In this document: positions 23,151-35,963 of the stretch, one piece after another
How the letters are laid out: each line of letters opens with the position of its first letter
Position numbering within the stretch: position 1 is the stretch's first letter
Assembly (NCBI RefSeq): GCF_964355755.1
Contig: NC_092674.1
Span: forward strand, 16,120,001-16,184,000
Length of the DNA: 64,000 nucleotides
Source of the DNA: Antedon mediterranea
Taxonomy: Eukaryota > Animalia > Echinodermata
Reading direction: 5' to 3'
The notes under the pieces: model-generated
Seen by the model: the letters and a program-made list of their open reading frames with translations, nothing else
Database searches by the model: none
Told to the model about the DNA's origin: nothing
Made by a program: the position numbers and the translations under genes

Positions 23151-24300
23151 AATAGGATTTACTATGGCAATCTGTTATGGAGAACAATAGGGCTACCCGC
23201 CATTAATTATGCCTCTTCAATGTGGTTATGTAACTCTGTAAGCTCTTTTAGACAAATGAGAAAACCTTTAATATTAAATGGCCAAGAAATGTTGCCAACA
23301 TAGGCATTACTTGGGGATCTTGGTTGGGAACCAATCTATTATACCAAATAAGTTTAGATTGTCTTACTTTAATAGACTTTAAAATATGGATGATCAGAGA
23401 TGGCAAAACCATCTATGTAGGTCATTAATTGAGGTTCAAGATAACATTAAAAAGTGGATTAACCATATCAAAGAATTACTATATAATTTTGACTTAGATT
23501 CTGAATTTAATTTAAACCCGGAGAATCAGACGTGGCTCAAACATTTTAAATATGTTTTTAACTCTTTCGAAAATGCAAAGCAATGGTTTGAACGAGCAAA
23601 AAGCAAGTCAACTTTGTCTGACTACTAAATAAGCATAGACCTAAAGCGGAGATGTACCTATTTGATGTGGTTTATTTTGATCCTGTAAGTTTGAAATTTA
23701 AAGCAAGAAGTAACAATCTAGAACTAGAAGCCAAAAAGAGTACATGGTCGAAGTATAGGCCTACAGAGTCTGGTTTCTGCTATCTATGTAATAATAATAC
23801 AGTAGAAAATACAGACCTTATGATCTTATATATTTTGGTTATGATTCTGTTTGGGAAAATTGTTCTAAGGGTAATACTGATTATCAACGACATGTACTAC
23901 TTGATGACCTTTTAGTTGCTTTTGAAAAATTAGGTGAAATTATTGATTACCATTGTAAACATCACTTAACTGCTGCATGGAGGTATAGAAAGACTATACT
24001 TAAAGATTTGAAAAACACTTTGAGTTAAGTATTGGCTGTAATTATATTTTATATATTTAAATCTACTTGCTAAGTTAAATTTCTTCCTTTTTTTGTAACT
24101 GTATTGTTAATGTTAGAACGCACCGTTTTATAAACGTGTGCCGCTGATCCAAAAGCGTTAAGTTTGTCACTAGCGACAGAGCAAAATTGCAACCGTAGAT
24201 CGTAAATAGTAATTGCTGAAGCGCCATGCTATTGTTAAGGGGTCGTGCTAAAGACCGGAAGACAACGCTATACAGTATTATAATAATAACTTTATTGAAA

Positions 24301-24930
24301 CACTTTTGGATCAGTGGCAACACACTCATTAGTAGTGCACTTTTGGATCAGTGGCAACACACTCATTAGTAGTGCACTTTTGGATCAGTGGCAACACACT
24401 CATTAGTAGTGCACTTTTGGATCAGTGGCAACACACTCATTAGTAGTGCACTTTTGGATCAGTGGCAACACACTCATTAGTAGTGCACTTTTGGATCAGT
24501 GGCAACACACTCATTAGTAGTGCACTTTTGGATCAGTGGCAACACACTCATTAGTAGTACACTTTTGGATCAGTGGCAACACACTCATTAGTAGTGCACT
24601 TTTGGATCAGTGGCAACACACTCATTAGTAGTGCACTTTTGGATCAGTGGCAACACACTCATTAGTAGTGCACTTTTGGATCAGTGGCAACACACTCATT
24701 AGTAGTGCACTTTTGGATCAGTGGCAACACACTCATTAGTAGTGCACTTTTGGATCAGTGGCAACACACTCATTAGTAGTGCACTTTTGGATCAGTGGCA
24801 ACACACTCATTAGTAGTGCACTTTTGGATCAGTGGCAACACACTCATTAGTAGTGCACTTTTGGATCAGTGGCAACACACTCATTAGTAGTGCACTTTTG
24901 GATCAGTGGCAACACACTCATTAGTAGTGC
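24301..24930. repeat. 37-bp minisatellite, 17 near-identical copies
   Basis: Unit CACTTTTGGATCAGTGGCAACACACTCATTAGTAGTG. I saw one substitution; there are no spacers. Confidence 0.95.
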
Positions 24931-25879
24931 GTCAACTTAAACTACATACAAATAAACGTTATAAACCAAACAAATTTTAAATGTACATTCAGCGATACAT
25001 ACATAAACATTAAATGCAATAGTAACAAAAAAACAAAACAATTGGTAAATAATAAACAAAATAAGAATAGGCCTAAACAAAATTAAATTAGCAACAATGC
25101 AAATTAGCTCTTTTTTAACTCAGATCTTTTTGCCCAGGCAACTTTAAGAAAATCTTTACAATATTTGTCAAATGCTGTCAATACAGCATTACTAAGGTCC
25201 ATGTTAATATTCCCCCAAAAACTAAAATTGGTTTTTATTAACATTAGCATTTATAAAATTGTCCCATGTTGCAGACTCATCCAAAATGTCAAGGTCATTA
25301 TTTAGCTTTACTAATTCAATCTCTCTTATAGTGCTAAGAGCTTGGCAATTAAATGAAAAATGTTGTATATTTTCTATTTCACCACTCTGACATATAGTGC
25401 ACTGGCCAGATATTTCTTCTTAGACCAATTACAGGTTCGTCCATCAAGAGGTAAAGTGTTCGATCTTAATTTAAATTTTAAGCTTGCACCTGTGAAATTG
25501 GTTTTATAATAGGGAGATAACTCCAAGGCTAGGACTTTCTTTTAGAATTTTATTTTTAAATTGATCTGTAAGATCATTTCCCACTTTAACCTTTGCTTTG
25601 ACATTACTATATAAGCATTTGATGATTTGCCACATAGACCGGCAGCCCAGAGACATTTGGTTAGATGAGCTAGGTACCAATATCTGACTATTTAAGTGTG
25701 TTGGGGGTCACTTGAAGTCAATGAAAATGGGAGTCTGCCGGGTACTCCCTGCTGCGTCTAGACCCAGGGGACCCCGAAAGGTGCTAAAAAATTGGCCCAG
25801 GTTAGATGAGAGAGATACCACCTAATTTTACCACCATGGGATGCCCATTGGCATCCTTATACCAGTATCACAAACGACA

Positions 25880-26260
25880 GACTTTTTGTCTGCTGCAATA
25901 GGCCCGCCAGAAAAATTTCTTGTACACGTTAATATGTTGTTGCTGAGATAATTTCCTTCCGAAATTACTACATTCGAGTTTGATTTTGAAACCGTCAACA
26001 TGTTAAAAATTGGAATAAATAGCGGGTCCCGTAATTTCACCTATTCTACACTGTATGTGAATGTGATATGTATACAGATTATACTGTGTATACTTTATGA
26101 CACAAAATAACAGAATTCAGCAATAACAACATATCATATTCTTCAGTTCAGGTCATAATGCCATAATCTTTTTCTGTGTGCAATATTCCAACGTATGACG
26201 TGCACGTGGCGTTTGTCGTGCGGATAACTAACTCGTCAAAGTGACGAGTTACATGTCTAG
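25880..26260 (+). mobile_element. Non-autonomous Helitron-like element, 3' end
   Basis: Hairpin AACTCGTCA-AAG-TGACGAGTT (26230-26250), then CTAG (26257-26260) followed by T. Shares blocks with about 28950-30150, 40660-41600 and 52740-54000. Confidence 0.55.
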
Positions 26261-26269
26261 TTTAATTTG

Positions 26270-27510
26270 TTTATATTGAATGGATAATCAGATGTCCATA
26301 ATACATTACCATACAGAACATGTGGTTGAAGAATAGTGTTATAGAGAGTAATGAGGATGTGTAGAGGGAAAATATGTGTTAATTTACAGAATAAACTGGT
26401 CAATTACTTTAGATACTTTACTTTAGTCCATCTTACATGTTCATTTATATATACACCAAGAAATAAAGTAGAACTCTTTCGATCAACACATTTACCATTA
26501 ATTTGTAAGAAAAGGTCAGTATTAACAATGTTATATAAGGAATTAATATCTTTGTGAGAGAAAATATTTGTTGTAGCATCAGCAAAGGATATGACCCGAA
26601 GTATTCACTTGATCTAGAAAGGTTGTTTACATAAATTAAAAATAAGAGGGGTTTTTAGACTGATCCTTGTGGCACACCGCAAGTCGCATACCTCACTGAT
26701 GATCGAGATGAACCTAAATCAACATATTGACTACGATTTTTTAAATAACTTTCAAACCAACTTAGAACTACTGGCCTAACTCCATAATTAGATAATTTAC
26801 GAAAAAGGATAGAGTAACTTATGACATCAAATGTTTTTGATAGATCAATGAATATAACTAGTAAAAACTTATTATTTTCAAATGAGTCAATAATGTTTTG
26901 TACAAGATCGAGGATGGCATGAGAAGTTGATACTTAAGAGAGATATGGGACAATAATTTGAAACGTGATCTTTTGCACATTTTTAATTCTGGAAACACTT
27001 TGGCCTTTTTAAAAAAATTAGGAAATGTGGCAAATGAAAAAGAACAGTTAATAGCATGTGTAAATGGATTGATTATGGAAGTACTGTACTTGCTTCAACA
27101 TTATCACTCCCTGATCCTTTGTTAGGGTTTAAATTGTTAACATCGGCAGGGGTTCGAGGCTCACTCACTCCATGGTTCTGGTGGTAGAACGAGTCTTCTC
27201 GGATAAGGACTATAAACCGTAGGTCCAGTGTACACAACTTGCTCGTGTGCACTTTAAAGAACCTAGTACATCTTTCGAGACGAGTAGGGGGTTACCCCGG
27301 TGTACTAGTACATCACGGCCACTGATCACCAACTGGGCCCTCTGGGAGATCAGTCTTTGACTGAAGAGGTCACCCAGTATATAAAGATAAAACAAACAAA
27401 CAAACAAACAAACAAACTATATTTAAAACCTCATCTTGAGTTACAGGACTTACAAAGAACGAGTTGAGCATTGGGTTAGGTAAGTAGGACATTGGATCAA
27501 TTTGTGATAC
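26270..27510 (-). mobile_element. Decayed CR1-group LINE RT fragment
   Basis: Minus-strand GVPQGS (about 26660-26677), WFESYLKNRSQYV and IDLSKTFDV. Many stops. Carries a nested SINE. Confidence 0.65.
27145..27417 (+). mobile_element. Nin/Deu-domain SINE (5'-truncated)
   Basis: B-box-like GGTTCGAGGC; core GTCTTCTCGGATAAGGACTATAAACCGTAGGTCC...GCACTTTAAAGAACC...TTTCGAGACGAGTAGGGGGTTACCCCGGTG; (AAAC)n tail. Confidence 0.65.
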
Positions 27511-27662
27511 AGGCATTTATTTTTGTAAAAGAAAACAGCAATGACACAAAAATTAAAAATATTTAGTGAAAATCATACTTAAAGCAATAATGTAACATTA
27601 AAAAGGATCAAATTAAAAACCTTACATAAAATAAATATGTTTTTTGTGCAATATTCAAAATT

Positions 27663-27822
27663 AAAACACACCTGAGTAGATTCTTGTCATTTGAGGATTT
27701 GTGGGTCACATGATATTCAACTACTCCATTGAACACTTACGCCACCGAGAGTGCAATTCCATTATATGTGTACCCACAATCCTGCAATCAAATGACAAGA
27801 ATCTATTCAGGTGTGTTATAAA
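27663..27822. mobile_element. ~160-bp MITE-like inverted-repeat element
   Basis: AACACACCTGAGTAGATTCTTGTCATTTGA and TCAAATGACAAGAATCTATTCAGGTGTGTT are inverted repeats, related to the IRs at 41614 and 48390. Confidence 0.6.
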
Positions 27823-27947
27823 GTTATTTAATAAATAGTATTAAAATAAGTTTTCAAATAAAATAAAATGAACCCGTTATACTTTATATGGCATTCTTCA
27901 TAACATATAGTATTTAATAGTTTGAAAAGCATCATTGCTTTTGTATG

Positions 27948-30900
27948 TTAACTTTGTTGTTTTTTATCATTAATTTTCAATTGACATAAAAGATGGTCTA
28001 TTGTGTCTTCTCTTATTTCAACAAACCGTTGCAGCTCTGAACAAAAGATGAACATATTTCCAGATAAGATATCAAACCACATGGCATGGAGTCTGACTTG
28101 ACCCTTACACAGTTGATGTTTGATGAACTTGTGAGTGGAAAGATTAAGAAGTTGTTGCAGAGTATTAACCTATTAACAAAATAAATAATGTCAGTGGTAC
28201 AGTATTATAATACAGGCTACGGCCTAGGTCCTAGGAATCCTAGCACTACTAAGAGGCCAGTCTTCATTCAGATAATTTAGGATGTTGGCTAGGTCTAGCC
28301 TTAGGTTACTCTTAAGGTGTTTCCAAGTTGCACTTTCATACCGGTCAATGAATTAAAATAGTACCGCACAAGTTTATACAATTTGTGAAGAGTTAGTCTA
28401 CTGGTGGGATTTCCCACCCATGTTGACATTAAAATGAAATCAAAAACTGCCTAGTGTTTACCAGCTGATACCCAACGAGGTATAATGATAAAAAGGTTTT
28501 AAAAAGAAAACAGAAACTGCGCAATAAGTTACCTGAGAAAGTCTGTCAATTAAGGTCAATTGTTTTTCAGGATCTATAAATGCATTAAAAGACAAGTTAG
28601 GAACTTCACTCTCAAAATACAATGCAGCTGATTTACGTTTACTGAGATCCTCAAACTTAACCAATGTAGGATTTCCTATTTGAAGAAGATATCGACTAAC
28701 AAGAGAATCGGAATCAACTCCATCATCCTTGGATTTCGCATGTGACTGTGAGTGTACTGCATGTAATGCATTCATTGCCTGTGAGAACAAAAAAGTTACT
28801 CATTATTTGTACAATCTGTGCTGAACAATAAATTGGCTGGCTGGGGGTCCACCATTCTAGTTGGTTATCCGCAACTTTGGTTGTCAGGATCTTTTTTTTC
28901 CACTTTATTCTTCTTTCTTTCCACGATTTTTGTGCACAGCCTATCTCAAAAACTTGTTGTAACTTTACCACAATTCAAACCTTTATCTGAAGATGTTGTA
29001 ATAAGGTTTCCATTAACGCCCAAGTTGCGCTGCGTAACGTATGTGTGATTTTATGAAATTTTATGATTGATCATGAATTCAGAACGATAAGTCATTTTTA
29101 TTGAAACTTAATAAAATCATAATTTATATAAGGGTCAACTTTGTATGGAATAAAAATGGCTTATTACACAAGAAATTACACGCGCACACACAATTAAAAT
29201 CTTATATTTCGAAAAATCAATTTCTCATTTTGAGCATTTCAAATTTTATATTTTTACATTGCATGCACATTTGCGCACGCAGCTCATAAGCAGCATGGAA
29301 AGGTCGTTTTTGCAATTTGTTTTTTTTATACTTTCTGTAGTAGATTGCATTCATTTTGAGGAACTTTAATTGCAAAATAACAACGCACGTGTACTTTAAT
29401 AATCATGTGTAAAAAAAGGGGTAACTAATGCAAATTTGTGAAAAAATATACTAATTTTAAATCACTTTAATTACCCCTATTTTTTATTTAAAATGTATTA
29501 TGGAAGCTGATGAGTTTTAGATATAATTTCATGTAAAATTTGTACCTACCGGATGTTCTGACATCACCATATGGCCACTTGAATTTAAAAAATAGAATTG
29601 TATAGAGCGCATTGCGCTAATGCGTTACTCGTTTTTTTTTCTAGATTTAAATACATGTTCTTGATAAATCAATTTTCTTTCACATGAGTTACAAAAATTT
29701 TAATTTTTATTATGTTATCATATAAAAAAATTAGAATAACGTGAGTTACTTAATTTAAATATCGATATGTTATAGATCATCAGAATGATAAGTTTAACCC
29801 ACATTATTAAAGCTTACTATAAAAGCTGTTGAATTGTAGATATGAATTCATGTAAAAATGTTGTCTATCGGATGTCGGATGTTGAATTCAAAAAGTCGGA
29901 TTTTTATCTCTTTCGTAAAAGTTTGTCGCGTTTGAAAGAGTGTCTTGCTTTTACGTGCCAGAAATTCTGCAATTTTTTATGAATGTAATTATTTAGATAA
30001 TTATCTTCTAAAATTATTAACTTCATGTTTCATTTTGATGACGTCATCATGTTAAAAATTGGAATAAAAGATTGGTCTCGCAATTTCTTCTATGCTACAC
30101 TGTATATTATTATATACAGTGTATTCTGTAAAAATACTGTATACTGTATGACTGTGTGAATCTGTTCATTTGAATAACAAGACACAAAAGGGAAACTCCC
30201 AAATCGACATTTACTGTGTGAATCTGTTCATTTAAATAACGAGACACAAAGGGAAACTCCCAAATCGACATTTACGTACTGGTGAATCTGTTCATTTGAA
30301 TGGCAAGACACAGAAAGGGAAACCCCCAAATCGACATTTACTGTGTGAATCTGTTTGAATAACAAGACGCAGAAAGGGAAACCCTCAAATCGACATTTAC
30401 TGGTGAATCTGTTCATTTGAATAACAAGACAAAAAAGGGAAACTCCCAAAATCAACATTTACTGGTGAATCTGTTCATTTGAATAACAAGACACAGAAAG
30501 GAAAACCCCCAAATCGACATTTACTGGTGAATCTGTTCATTTGAATAACAAGACAGAGAAGGGAAACCCCCAAATCAACATTTACTGGTGAATCTCTTCA
30601 TTTGAATAACAAGACACAAAAGGGAAACTCCCAAATCGACATTTACTGGTGAATCTGTTCATTTGAATAACAAGACACAGAAGGGAACCCCCCAAATCGA
30701 CATTTACTTGTGAATCTGTTCATTTGAATGGAGGGACACAAAAAGGAAAAACCCCCAAATCTACATTCACTGGTGAATCTGTTCATTTGAATGGCAAGAC
30801 ACAAAAAGGAAAACCACCAAATCGACATTTACTGTGTGAATCTGTTCAGAAAATGTTTTTCTTTATGTGATTTCACATTTAAAAAAACCTCACATGGACT

Positions 30901-31437
30901 ATAATGCGTCACTTTTCAACAGTGTTTATAGCATAGACTAACACATTTGTTTGATCTCACTGTTAATGCAGTCTTTCAGTTTCTTTTGTCTGTGTTAAAT
31001 TTCACATACTAACCTTACAATCAGAATGACCTAGTACAACAACATCTTGAACTTTTACTAAATTACAAGCCATATCCAAAGCTGCTGGTCCTTCTAAACA
31101 ATCACATTTGGAAGATAAATTATTTGGGGCAATCATATTTCCTGGATTACGAACATAAAATACATCACCAATGTCTGTTTGGGTAAATCTTGTTGGCAAC
31201 ATCCGGCTGTCCATGCAAGTGAATACAAGAGCTATTGGCTGCAAAACGAATTATGGAATGTATTGCTAAATTATTAGTAATCATTGCCAGCCATATTTTA
31301 GTTGGTAAAATCAATTTAAAATAATTATTTAAACTTACCTTTGGGTGATCAGTAACTGCCTTCATTTTCTGCACTATCCCAGGTTTCACAGTTGTCCTAT
31401 ACTTCATTACACCTTGTAAAATCTTTTTAATTCCCAT
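27948..31437 (-). CDS. Beta-class carbonic anhydrase, 4 coding exons, 263 aa
   Basis: Exons 31437-31339, 31238-31014, 28778-28533 and 28169-27948, all phase 0 with GT-AG introns. Zinc motifs FTCMDSR (CxDxR) and GHSDC (HxxC), plus VRNPGN and SQ|VNTLQQL...LHAMWFDI, typical of metazoan beta-CAs. No stops. Confidence 0.93.
30150..30848. repeat. ~55-bp minisatellite in a beta-CA intron
   Basis: About 12-13 diverged copies of TACTGGTGAATCTGTTCATTTGAATAACAAGACACA...CCCAAATCGACATT. Confidence 0.9.
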
Positions 31438-31929
31438 ATTCAAATTGTCAGTTCAACAATCACTATTTAAAAAATAAGGTCTAAAATAATGCTAGTTTGT
31501 TAGCTGTCAATTGTAAATGGAGGGGAAAAGGTGGAATTTTGGTCAACCAATGGTGCATGTTTAGTATTTTCAATCAACACGGATTAACGCATCAAATTCC
31601 TCGTTTTCTTTCTATGTGCAAGGTTGACCATGTTCCATAATTATTGTCTTATCAGCACCAAGTACAAGGTGAACACGCTGATAGAAAACACGGTCAATCA
31701 TTCTGATTGAAAATAGTAAACTACATGCACATTTTTCCATGCTAATAGCCACTTTCCTTTAACTCAACAGAAATAAGAGGATCTGTATTACAGAAATGAG
31801 GATCGGAGAGTTAAAAAAGTTATCTATTTAGTCTGTTTATCCCCCGTCTGAATCCGCGCCAGATTATATCCATCCAAATAATTTCAGAAACTTAAAAATA
31901 AAACAAGAAACATTTTGATATACAGTATG

Positions 31930-32309
31930 CAGTACACCACGTATATTTAGTTCTGAAGAACTGTTGAATTTCTCGACTTTTTAATCAATATATTTTGATT
32001 TGATAATCCTGAGGAGTGAGAATGATCAAAGTACTGTATATTGATCGAAATGCAATGGCGTAATATAGAGACCTGAGGCCCCTGGTTTAGGAAACTAAGT
32101 GGCCCTCCAACGTTGAGGAGGGCATTTTTAGACTTTTTCAACATATTTTAATGCCTATTTTCTTCTCTAGGTACTGTACTACTCAGGGGCCCCCATAAGC
32201 TCCGGGGGCCCCTGGGTTCAACCAGTTAGTCCTCATAGCCATTACGTCACTGTAGAAATATCGAGAAACTCAACAGTACTTTTCAGAACTAAATATATGT
32301 GGTTTACTG
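31930..32309. mobile_element. MITE with a nested hAT-like MITE (32053-32252)
   Basis: Outer ~47-bp imperfect IR CAGTACACCACGTATATTTAGTTCTGAA... Inner CAATGGCGTAAT / ATTACGTCACTG with a degenerate 8-bp TSD TCGAAATG / TAGAAATA. Confidence 0.45.
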
Positions 32310-33007
32310 TAAACTTTTTACAAGGATTTTCAAAAAACACAATACTTCGCATCGTAGGGTTTTATGATATAATATGTTATCAAGTACATGCTAACATAAT
32401 ATTTAATATTATACAGATATTGACTGCTTAGAGGTTAAATATAAGATTTGACATCCCCGAGGGAATAATATTATTTTCGAGGGAATATATATTTCCCAAA
32501 GCGCCAGCTGAGGGAAATATATAACCCTTCTCATTCTCACCGATTTTCTCATCTTTATCGTTAATTAATTAAATTTCAGTATATAACCGGGTGGTTTAGA
32601 ATTCATGTTCTGCGCCTGATGTGTTTATATATAATATATCTCTTCAGATATCCCACTTCGTGAATAAAAATATTGTAAAGATGAGGGTATATCAATTTGA
32701 TCTCTGGTGCGTGTGTGTACCGTACCATGTCTAGAGTGTTAAGGAGGTGCGATCCAATCGAGTTCCAACAATACCATAAAAGCCTCAGTGGTCTCAAATG
32801 GTTAGGACATCAAGCAGAAGATTCCGGGTTCAAATCTCGGTTGGGGGGACTTTTTCTTAATAACATGTACTCGACATCATTTTATATCATAAAACCGTAT
32901 CAGGCGATCTACCTGGCGATACCGATTAGCATTACCGTACACGGCAAAACTTATTTATGTCGCTGGCTTCGTTCACAACAACTACTGCAGGCCTGGGTAG
33001 GCTAGGC

Positions 33008-33236
33008 GGTTCCAGGATGATTTGGCCCTGAGACGATTCGGCCCGGGACTATTCGGCCCACTTTTGGTGGGACGGAACATCCCACTTTGTGTTTTTAAAG
33101 GTGTAACAATCCGTATTTTATTGATATTGACAATTTTGATATAGCCCAATATAAAATAAATTACTAAAAAAACTTAATATATTTTATATTTATTAGGCCT
33201 ACTTGAATCGTCTTAGGGCCGAATCGTCCCGCTACC
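33008..33236. mobile_element. MITE with 4-bp TSD
   Basis: Imperfect ~32-bp IRs (GGTTCCAGGATGATTTGGCCCTGAGACGATTC / GAATCGTCTTAGGGCCGAATCGTCCCGCTACC) flanked by AGGC on both sides. Confidence 0.5.
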
Positions 33237-34019
33237 AGGCTAGGCCTACGCCCTAGCTAGCTAGGCCTACTAACTAAAAGAATACCCAACTAAAAAAGGT
33301 TAGGCCTAGGCCTACAGTAGGTCTGGGCTAGGCCTAGTAGTAGGCCTAGCTAGGCTAGTTTAGTTAGATTATTAAATGTTGGATGGTAATGCGTATAGTT
33401 TCCCCAAATCAATAATATTTATTGTCCACCATCATAAAAGATTTGTAGTGTATTGTAAATAAATCCAGATGGAAGACGTACATACCGGAAAATAGGCTAG
33501 CTAGGCCTAGGCTAGTTAGGATGCCTCTACTACTAGGCCTAGGCTAGTACTAACTACTGGGAACTATGGCCTAGGCCTCCTAGTACTAGCCTAGGCCTAG
33601 GCCTAGTAGTAGTAGGTGAATCATGTGCGAGTCCTACAGTTACACTAAACTTTACACCACCAGATAGTAGTAATACCACCAGATACCAGATACCACCAGA
33701 ACAACAAATCCTACCACCAAAGAGCAGTCACCTGTTTGGAATTGATTATTAATAGTATATTACAAGTTTCAAAGGTTAATTTCTCACCGTCGCAATTCCA
33801 GAATCGAGTGCGTTCGATCTTTATAAATAACAGTAACGAAACGAACGCATTGTATTCAGCGGTTAACTTTGGTCAAAAAATCACTATAACATTTTCAAAA
33901 TAAATAACGCGTTTGTTACTCAGTCAACTGCTCTCACAGAATTTATTTGGTCAAATAAAATCAGAAATTCTTTTTGTACACTTTATTTAAAAATAAATAA
34001 CAAACTTAATGCAACATCA

Positions 34020-34828
34020 GTTGCCAGTGGAGCACAGTGATATAGAATAGAAAAAAGTCACTGAATTTTAATATCATTTCGTATGTTAATAGTTAATACA
34101 CTGTGCTCAAGTGGACCCAATTTGGCGAAAGGAGAGCACAGTGATATAAAATATAGAAATAAGTCATTGAATGTTTATATATTTTCGTATGTTAATACAC
34201 TGTGCTCAAGTGGACCTAATATTTGGCGCCAGTGGAGCACAGTGATATAAAATGGAAAAAGTCACTGAATTTTAATATCTTTTCGTATTACACTATGCTC
34301 AAGTGGACCCGATTTGGAGCCAGGGGAGCACTGTGATATAAAATAGAAATAGCCTAAGTCACTGAATTTTAATATCTTTTCGTATGTTAATACACTGTGC
34401 TTACGTGGACCCAATTTGGCGCGCGCGCCAGTGAGCACAGTAATATAAAATAGAAAAAAGTCACTAAATTTTAATATCTTTTCGTCTGTTAATACACTGT
34501 GCTCAAGTGGACCCAATTTGGCACCAATGGGAGCACAGGGAAATAGTCACATACAAAAACATCGAGAAAAAATACTTCTGGAATTTAAAAATATTTCATT
34601 CAAACTTGGTATATATGTTCAATATCGGTTACTCCATCAGTAAACCAAAAGAAAAAATGGTTTCAAGCCACATCAGTGATTTTAATAACTTGCCTTCGCT
34701 TAAGATAATACTTATGAAAAAACATACAATTCCGACACATATATTATGTTAAACTGTAATAATGATTTTGACAACAAAAAAAACGGTTAGGAATTCGATT
34801 TTTTCCCTGTAAATTGAGCAACTTAAAT

Positions 34829-34927
<99 letters not shown>

Positions 34928-35963
34928 TATTATCACAGATTTTCATCCACAAGATCTCATTCTCTAAAAAAAAAATACTCCTTGATATATATATATATAT
35001 GTATATATATATCAAGGAGTATTTTTTTTTAACAAAAGAAATGTTCGTATGTTAATACACTGTGCTCCAGTGGATCCAATTTGGCGCCAGTGGAGCACAG
35101 GGAAATAGTCACATACAAAAACTTCTAGAAAAAATATTTATCGAATTCAAAAATATTTCAAACTTGGTATATAAGTTCAATATCGTAACTAACATACAAA
35201 AAGATATTAACATTCAGTGACTTATTTCTATTTTATATCACTGTACTCCACTGGCTCCAAATTGAGTTCACTTGAGCACAGTGTATTAACATACGAAAAG
35301 ATATTAAAATTCAGTGACTTTTTTCTATTTTATATCAATGTGCTCCACTGGCTCCAAATTGGGTCCACTTGAGCACAGTGTATTAACATACGAAAAGATA
35401 TTAAAATTCAGTGACTTTTTTCTATTTTATATCACTGTGCTCCACTGGCTCCAGATTGGGTTTACTTGAGCACAGTGTATTAACATACGAAAATATATTA
35501 AAATTCAGTGACTTTTTTCTATTTTATATCACTGTGCTCCACTGGCTCCAGATTGGGTTCACTTGAGCACAGTGTATTAACTTACGAAAAGATACTAAAA
35601 ATCATTGACTTATTTCTATTTTATATCAATGTGCTCTCCTGGCTCCAAATTGGGTCCACTTGAGCACAGTGTATTAACATACGAAAAGATATTAAAATTC
35701 AGTGATTATTTTTATTTTATATCATTGTGCTCCCATGGCTCCAAATTCGGTCCACTTGAGCACAGTGTTATTAACATACGAAAAGATATTAAAATTCAGT
35801 GACTTATTTCTATTTTATATCACTGTGCTCCTCACTGGCGCCAAATTGTGTCCACTTGAGCACAGTGTATTTACATACGAAAAGATATTAAAATTAGTGA
35901 CTTATTTCTATTTTATATCACTGTGCTCCACCGCCGGTGCTAAATTTGGTCCACTGGAGCAGT
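34020..35963. repeat. Fold-back array of ~90-bp units flanking a (TA)n microsatellite
   Basis: About 6 units (CAGTGGAGCACAGTGATATA...) at 34020-34540 and about 8 reverse-complement units at 35190-35963. (TA)n at 34832-34925. About 34483-34628 is duplicated at 35045-35185. Confidence 0.8.

Larger units (their letters stand above)
16300..24030 (+). mobile_element. Second decayed LINE (RT-bearing), fragmented
   Basis: Pieces at 16300-16795 (WLEWK..., KEFWNELK), 20720-21229 (KINKSP.TDSITNEMLK, LFFADDVVL, YKYLGV) and 23151-24030 (LWRTIGLPAINYASSMW, terminal CYLC). Interrupted by the 16.8-20.7 kb cassette and a Tx1/L1 insertion. Confidence 0.7.

Noticed and set aside
24301-24930. 37-bp repeat array resembling CRISPR in unit length
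   Set aside because: The units are directly adjacent with no unique spacers, there are no cas genes, and the context is eukaryotic.
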